DNA of 12,599 nucleotides from Candidatus Methylomirabilota bacterium (lineage in GTDB: Bacteria; Methylomirabilota; Methylomirabilia; Rokubacteriales; CSP1-6). Both the position numbers and the translations under genes were made by a program. The notes under the pieces are model-generated. The model worked only from the letters and a program-made list of their open reading frames with translations. It did not search any database and had not been told where the DNA came from. Shown piece by piece: positions 7,625-12,599 of this stretch. The stretch covers positions 1 to 12,599 of the forward strand of contig JBKPAK010000066.1 in assembly GCA_046726415.1 (NCBI GenBank), written 5' to 3'. Each line of letters starts with the position of its first letter. The first letter of the stretch is position 1.

Positions 7625-7633
7625 AGTCTACCA
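7625..7633 (-). promoter_or_regulatory. Extended -10 promoter, probable leaderless transcript of the CoA-transferase
   Basis: TG-G-TAGACT followed by 7 nt and then ATG 7617. No SD. Confidence 0.6.
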
Positions 7634-7768
7634 GGGACGCCGCCCGCTGCGGCCAGTCGGCTCCGACGTGACCGTGCCAGTGAAGCCCGTGCGCCACGAG
7701 CGCGATGGGCGAGCGTTCAACGATGATCGCTCGGGCCCTGCGCAGCGTTCCGGACGCCCGAGCCCATC

Positions 7769-8062
7769 CCGGAGCTGGATCGCCTGGGCGACGAGATCGC
7801 CGAGCTATCGGCCCACCTCGACGCGGCCACCGCCCGCCTGCTCGAGCTCATCCGCGAGTTCGATGCCCGGGGCGGCTGGAACAGCGGCTTTCCCTCCTGC
7901 GCCGCCTGGCTGACCTGGCGAATCGGGCTCGCCCCGGGCGCCGCCCGCCGCCCGGACGGCCGGCGCATGCCCGAGGTCCCGCTGCCTTCCGAAGTGCCAG
8001 TCGGGGTACCGTCGATCTACGATCTGCAAACGGCGGGGGCGAATGGCGAGTCGATGAGGTAG
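7769..8062 (+). pseudogene. Internally deleted DUF222 (13E12 repeat)/HNH endonuclease remnant
   Basis: Not in the ORF track. Hand translation: PELDRLGDEIAELSAHLDAATARLLELIREFDARGGWNSGFPSCAAWLTWRIGLAPGAAR | RPDGRRMPEVPLPSEVP...*. I recognise the first part as the DUF222 N-terminus and the second as the post-HNH RPDG tail. There is no in-frame start (TGA at 7724). Confidence 0.8.
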
Positions 8063-8063
8063 C

Positions 8064-9008
8064 TCAGCGGCGGAGCCGCGGCAACAGCCGCGCGGCCGTC
8101 TCATCGACCTGGGCGAGCTGGTCGCCTCCCGCAAACCGCGCGGCGATGTGGCGCGCACCGGCATCGATCCAGCGCTGGAGCCATTCGACGCAGCCGTCGA
8201 TCGGCCCGGCATAGCAGGCCTGGCGAGCGAGCATCGCGGCCGCCGGCACCGCGTAGTATGTCTCGAGGAAACTCTCCAGCCGCTTCTGGGCTGCGGCCCG
8301 GCTGGGGTCGAGAGCGAGCGTGACATAGGCGGCGCCGGTCACATCGTCGGGACGGCGACCGGCCGCACGCGCGGCTGCCTGCACCCCCGGCCAGTGCTGG
8401 GCAAAGAACTCGACGTCGGGGCCCGTGGGAAACCAGGCCTCGAACCGCGCGGCCTCACGCAAGGCCGTCGGGCCGCTGCCCCCGATCCAGATCGGCGGCC
8501 CACCCGCCCGATGCGGCTTCGGCTCCACGGTGACGTCCTTCAGCGCGAAGTGCTTGCCGGTGAAGCTGACGCCATCCTGCCGCCACAGTGCCCGACAGAT
8601 CTCGATCGTCTCGAGGAACCGACCCACGCGGCGCTCGAACGGAACGGCCGCCGCCTCGAACTCTCTTCGGATGGCCGGTGTGTCGGCCGCGATGCCCAGA
8701 CCAAGGATCAGACGGCCTTCGGTCAAACGGTCGAGCGTGCCGACGATGTGGGCAAGCACGACGGGATTGCGCAGCGCGGGCAGGAGAACGGCGGTGCCGA
8801 GACGCACCCGTCGTGTCCGCCCGGCCACGGCCGCCAGCAGGGTGAGCGGCTCGTGACGCGGACGCGCGGTCAGCGAATCGCCGACCCACACGGCGTCAAA
8901 GCCGGTCGCCTCCGCGCGCTCGGCCAGCGCGAGCATGGGGGCCGTCTCCGGGCGTCCGGACATGATTGCCTCGCGCGTGGGCAGCAACACGCCGAACTCG
9001 ACCGCCAT
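8064..9008 (-). CDS. LLM class (luciferase-like) flavin-dependent oxidoreductase, 314 aa
   Basis: MAVEFGVLLP, AEATGFDAVWVGDS, EPLTLLAAVAGRTRRVRLGTAV, LDRLTEGRLILGLG, PKP..PPIWIGGSG. ATG 9008 is 1 nt after the upstream stop. Confidence 0.93.
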   Translation of the reverse strand: MAVEFGVLLPTREAIMSGRPETAPMLALAERAEATGFDAVWVGDSLTARPRHEPLTLLAAVAGRTRRVRLGTAVLLPALRNPVVLAHIVGTLDRLTEGRLILGLGIAADTPAIRREFEAAAVPFERRVGRFLETIEICRALWRQDGVSFTGKHFALKDVTVEPKPHRAGGPPIWIGGSGPTALREAARFEAWFPTGPDVEFFAQHWPGVQAAARAAGRRPDDVTGAAYVTLALDPSRAAAQKRLESFLETYYAVPAAAMLARQACYAGPIDGCVEWLQRWIDAGARHIAARFAGGDQLAQVDETAARLLPRLRR

Positions 9009-9009
9009 C

Positions 9010-9996
9010 TCAGCATCCCCCCAGGGCGCTGGCCCGAGCCGACCAGCGGTTGAGCAATCTGGACGCGCCATCGGCCAGCTCGCGGACGATCTCGGCGGCC
9101 GGTTGTCGGCGGTGCACCGCGCCTACCGACTGGCCCGCGTAGAGGGCCATGGCCTCGATCGCGCCAGTCGTGGTGCGAGTTGGCGTGGGAACGGCAAAGC
9201 GAGGGAGCGGAATCTTCTCCCCGCCGAGAACCATCTCGCCGACCTGGTCGGTCGGATGGGCCTGCGCGGCCTCCACGCACGAGCGCAGAACGCGGTGCAA
9301 CGCGTGGGGCCACATGACTGAGAACGCCTCGGTCGCCACGGTGTCGCTCGCCCGCGCGCGGATCAGAAGCTCCTGGTAGCGCGGGTGAGCGTCGCATTCC
9401 TCGGCGACGACGAAGCGCGTTCCCACGCGGACGGCGTCGGCGCCCGCGGCGAGAACGGCCGCCATCGCCCGGGCGGTGGCGATCCCACCGGCGGCGACAA
9501 CCGGCACGTCGACCGCCTCGAGCACTCGATCGAGAAGTGGCAGAAGGCCGAGCGTTCCACGCACGTGACCACCCGCCTCCGTCCCTTGGGCCACGATGAA
9601 GTCAGCGCCCGCGTCGACGGCGCCTTGGGCCTCGTCCTCCGAGCCGATCTGCCAGCAGGCGAGCGCGCCACCCTGGTGGACTGCCCGGATAAGGGCCGAG
9701 TCGGGATCCCCATAGAAGAACTCGACGACGCGGACTCGACTGGCCGCGACCTCTACACACGGCGGATCGAGGAACGGGATCAAGATGTTCACGCCGACGG
9801 TTCCCGACGTCTCTTGGCGTAGCTGATCGAGGACCGCGGTGAGAACTGGCGCCGGAATCCTGGCGCCGCCCAGCATGCCGAGCGCGCCAGCCGAGGCGAC
9901 CGCCGCCGCCAGCCCGGGGCCGGCGACACCTCCCATACCCGCCTGCTGAATCGGGACGGCACAGCCGACCAGCCTGGTAAACCGCGTGCTCAGCAC
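9010..9996 (-). CDS. Nitronate monooxygenase / FabK-like FMN-dependent oxidoreductase, 328 aa
   Basis: TRFTRLVG..VPIQQAGMGGV, VAQGTEAGGH, PVVAAGGIA, GADAVRVGTRF, YAGQSVG. AGGAGG SD precedes GTG 9996. Confidence 0.92.
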   Translation of the reverse strand: MLSTRFTRLVGCAVPIQQAGMGGVAGPGLAAAVASAGALGMLGGARIPAPVLTAVLDQLRQETSGTVGVNILIPFLDPPCVEVAASRVRVVEFFYGDPDSALIRAVHQGGALACWQIGSEDEAQGAVDAGADFIVAQGTEAGGHVRGTLGLLPLLDRVLEAVDVPVVAAGGIATARAMAAVLAAGADAVRVGTRFVVAEECDAHPRYQELLIRARASDTVATEAFSVMWPHALHRVLRSCVEAAQAHPTDQVGEMVLGGEKIPLPRFAVPTPTRTTTGAIEAMALYAGQSVGAVHRRQPAAEIVRELADGASRLLNRWSARASALGGC

Positions 9997-10083
9997 GATG
10001 ATTCCTCCTGGCTCGAGCGCCAGTGCCCCTGAAGTCCGATAGCAGGAGTCCCGCGAGGCTTGTGCCTGACCAGTAGGGCTTTG

Positions 10084-11880
10084 CTACGCCTTGTACCAGT
10101 AGGGCAGACGCCAGAAGGTTGTGTCCCAGCCCGAGAGGTCCATGCCCTGCAGCCGCGTGGACGACGCCGAGACCCCATTTCGCCAGAGGACCGGGACGAC
10201 CACGACGTTCTGGATCAGGAGGTCGTTCATCTTGATGAAGAGGGCCGCTCGCTTCGCGGGATCCAGCTCGGTATCCGCCGCCTCGTACATCCGGTCGTAT
10301 TCTTCGTTGCGCCAGCGCGTGACGTTGCGCCCCTGCCACTTGTTGGCCTTGGACGCTACCTCCACCGACAGGAACGGCCGCATGAACCACGCCGGGTCTG
10401 GCGCGGTCGGGCCCGTCGTGTACATCTGGAGGTCCGCGTAGAAGTGGGGGTAGTTGTCGGGATTGGCCGCATCCGAGCCGAAGAACACCGAGGCCACCAC
10501 GGACTTGATCTCGATCTCGATGCCGGCCTTGGCGCACGCCTGCTTGACGATGGCCTGGGTCTTCTGGCGCGGGGCGTTGGTGGCCGTCTGGAAGAGCATC
10601 TTGAGCTTCTTGCCGTCCTTGGCGCGGATGCCATCCGATCCTCGCTTCCAGCCAGCAGCGTCGAGGATCTGGTTGCCTTTGTCGACGTTGAACTCCCACT
10701 TCATGTTCTCGGAGCGGAAGCGCGTCGGAGCGTTGAGGAAGTTCGCCGTGGTCTGGCCCTGGCGGCCGTAGATCTGCTCCTGCACGGCGGCCCGGTCCAC
10801 GAGAAGGTTCAGGGCCTGCCGGACCGCGGGGTCCGAGAGGAGGGGATGGGTCGTCTTGAGGCTCGAGCGCTCTCCGTCGACCTCGGTCCAGGGGTCGGTG
10901 AAGTTGCACTGGATGTGCTCGATGCCGCCAGTGGTCCAGAGGTTCACCCGCCCCTTGCCCGACTGCTCGAGGCGGAGCAGGATGTCGTCTTCCACCTGCA
11001 TGTTCCAGGCGTAGTCGAACTCGCCCGTCTGGAGCACGGCTCGCGCGGCCGAGACCGCGTCGCCACCGCCCTTCATCTCGATGGTGTCGAAGAAGGGGCG
11101 GTTAGTCGCGTGGTAGCCGGGGTTCAGTTCACCGCGAACGGTGTCGCCGGGCTTGAAGTCCACGAACCGGTAGGCGCCGGTGCCGACGGGTTTGAGGTTG
11201 GCTGGCGCCTCGCGGGACTTCGCCCCCTTGAAGGGGTCGAAGACGTGCTTGGGGATGATCGCGCCGCGGTTGCCGCAAAATGCATCGGCCCAGAACGCCT
11301 GCGGCTTCTTGAAGATCACCCTGACGGTGTGGCTGTCCAGCTTCTCGGCCCGCACAATCTCGCGATACGAGCCGCTGGTGACGGCCGCGGTGGCCGGGTC
11401 GGACACGTACTCGTAATTGAAGATGACGTCGTCGGCGGTGAAGGGCTTGCCGTCGTGCCAGGCCACGTTCCGCTTGAGCCGCCACGTCACCCAAGTGAGG
11501 TCCTTGGCCAGGGTGCCGCCCTGGACATTCGGGACCTCGGCGGCGAGGACCGGGGCCAGGTTGCCCTCCGGGTCGTAGGCGGCCAGCGGCTCGTAGAAGA
11601 TCCGGCAGGCGTCGATGTCCTTGGTGCCCGTCGCGAAGTGCGGGTTGAGGAGGGTCGGTGCCTGCCACCAGAGGACGCGGAGCGGACCACCGCCGCCCCG
11701 CCGGGTTGGCGCGAATGCCGAAGTCTTGGGCTGAGCCTGAGCGACCCCGGCCGAGGCCAGCATCTGTGCGGCGATGGGGGCGGTGAGGCCCAGCCCCACC
11801 ATGGTTTGCACGAAAGCGCGCCGGGACAGGCGGCCGGCCTTGACGTCGCCGATCATCTCGCGAAGAGCATGCTCGTTCAT
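10084..11880 (-). CDS. Peptide/nickel ABC transporter substrate-binding protein (family 5) with twin-arginine signal, 598 aa
   Basis: LSRRAFV Tat motif and AQAQ cleavage site, then WQAPTLLNPH, WHDGKPFTADDVIF, PVGTGAY and DPAVRQAL. GGAGG precedes ATG 11880, so I prefer this start to 12027. Confidence 0.95.
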   Translation of the reverse strand: MNEHALREMIGDVKAGRLSRRAFVQTMVGLGLTAPIAAQMLASAGVAQAQPKTSAFAPTRRGGGGPLRVLWWQAPTLLNPHFATGTKDIDACRIFYEPLAAYDPEGNLAPVLAAEVPNVQGGTLAKDLTWVTWRLKRNVAWHDGKPFTADDVIFNYEYVSDPATAAVTSGSYREIVRAEKLDSHTVRVIFKKPQAFWADAFCGNRGAIIPKHVFDPFKGAKSREAPANLKPVGTGAYRFVDFKPGDTVRGELNPGYHATNRPFFDTIEMKGGGDAVSAARAVLQTGEFDYAWNMQVEDDILLRLEQSGKGRVNLWTTGGIEHIQCNFTDPWTEVDGERSSLKTTHPLLSDPAVRQALNLLVDRAAVQEQIYGRQGQTTANFLNAPTRFRSENMKWEFNVDKGNQILDAAGWKRGSDGIRAKDGKKLKMLFQTATNAPRQKTQAIVKQACAKAGIEIEIKSVVASVFFGSDAANPDNYPHFYADLQMYTTGPTAPDPAWFMRPFLSVEVASKANKWQGRNVTRWRNEEYDRMYEAADTELDPAKRAALFIKMNDLLIQNVVVVPVLWRNGVSASSTRLQGMDLSGWDTTFWRLPYWYKA

Positions 11881-11979
11881 GGGAACCTCCATGGGCGCGG
11901 CCACGGCCGGCCCGCGCCATCCGGGACAAGGGCGATGGGTCAGCGTTGACGTCGGCCGCCGATCGATGCGGCTGGCCCT

Positions 11980-12008
11980 TTCATACGTACCGGCCTGGCT
12001 GCTGTCAA
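11980..12008 (-). promoter_or_regulatory. Putative sigma70 promoter of the family 5 binding protein
   Basis: TTGACA (12008-12003), 17-nt spacer, TATGAA (11985-11980). Confidence 0.55.
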
Positions 12009-12049
12009 GCAGATGCCCCCGGGGCAAACGACGGGCGCGGACGATTCGC

Positions 12050-12599
12050 TCAGCCTTTGACCGATCCCGCGGCGAGTCCCTCCACCATCCACCGGTGGAT
12101 GAACATGTAGAGCGCGACCACTGGAATGGTCGTGATGACGGAGGCCGCCATGAGCTGGCCCCAGTGGAAGACGTCGCCGTAGATGAGGAGATTGAGGCCG
12201 ACCGGTACGGTGATCTGTCGCTCGTCCTGGATGAAGATCAACGCGTAGAGAAACTCGTTCCACGACAAGGTGAAGGCGAAGATGGCCGAGGCCACGATCC
12301 CCGGCGCGGCCAGTGGCAGCAGCACGCGGATCAGAGCCGCTGTCCGGGTGGCGCCGTCGACCAGGGCCGCCTCCTCCAGTTCCTTGGGGAGAGCCTTGAA
12401 GAAGCCGATGAGGAGCCACGTGCAAAACGGAACGGTGAACGTCGGGTAGGAAAGGAAGAGGGCGGTCAGGTTGTTCGTGGCCCCCAGCTCGCCGAGCACG
12501 CGATAGAGCGGGATGAAGAGCAGGGCCGGAGGGACCAGATAGAGGATGAGGATCAGGCTCGCCACCGCCTCGCGCCCCGGGAACCGCAGGCGGGCCACC
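12050..12599 (-). CDS. Carbohydrate ABC transporter permease (MalG/UgpE-like), C-terminal part; start lies outside the window
   Basis: EAA loop LPKELEEAALVDGAT, FTLSWNEFLYAL, WGQLMAAS, ending GLAAGSVKG. Confidence 0.93.
   Translation of the reverse strand, partial: VARLRFPGREAVASLILILYLVPPALLFIPLYRVLGELGATNNLTALFLSYPTFTVPFCTWLLIGFFKALPKELEEAALVDGATRTAALIRVLLPLAAPGIVASAIFAFTLSWNEFLYALIFIQDERQITVPVGLNLLIYGDVFHWGQLMAASVITTIPVVALYMFIHRWMVEGLAAGSVKG

Noticed and set aside
7668..8214. ORFs 7668-7913 and 7705-8214
   Set aside because: Off-frame readings of the DUF222 remnant, which lies in the third frame. ATG 7723 could be the original start before a frameshift, but this cannot be shown.
10060..11949. 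629-aa + strand ORF (likewise 8148-9053 and 6991-7671)
   Set aside because: Antisense shadows of clearly identified - strand genes.
1..12599. CRISPR array, tRNA/rRNA, intact IS, integrase or defence system
   Set aside because: I saw no regularly spaced repeats, RNA gene signatures, or intact transposase, recombinase or nuclease ORFs.

Overview
High-GC bacterial window. Its gene families (zinc-ribbon/class III cyclase/AAA/TPR protein, DUF222-HNH, Tat-exported peptide-binding protein, several orphan solute-binding proteins) suggest Ca. Rokubacteria/Methylomirabilota; this is an inference. From left to right: on the - strand, the 5' end of a LivH-like permease and a branched-chain amino acid-type substrate-binding protein, then a decayed zinc-ribbon/cyclase/AAA/TPR gene with two large internal deletions. 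On the + strand, an 89-aa Cys/His-motif protein translationally coupled to a xylose isomerase-like TIM barrel, a signal-less NMT1/THI5-type binding protein and an alpha/beta hydrolase. Next come a class III CoA-transferase (-) and an internally deleted DUF222/HNH remnant (+). The window ends with a - strand run of LLM oxidoreductase, nitronate monooxygenase-family flavoprotein, Tat-exported family 5 binding protein and a partial carbohydrate ABC permease. I saw no rRNA, tRNA, CRISPR array or intact mobile element. The best candidates for something undescribed are the small protein with CxxC plus two RWCEL(I)H motifs and its coupled TIM barrel, the signal-less and apparently leaderless NMT1-type protein, the two 'ends kept, core deleted' pseudogenes, and a 15-nt motif shared by two promoter regions. 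All functional calls come from motif recognition by eye; no searches were run.
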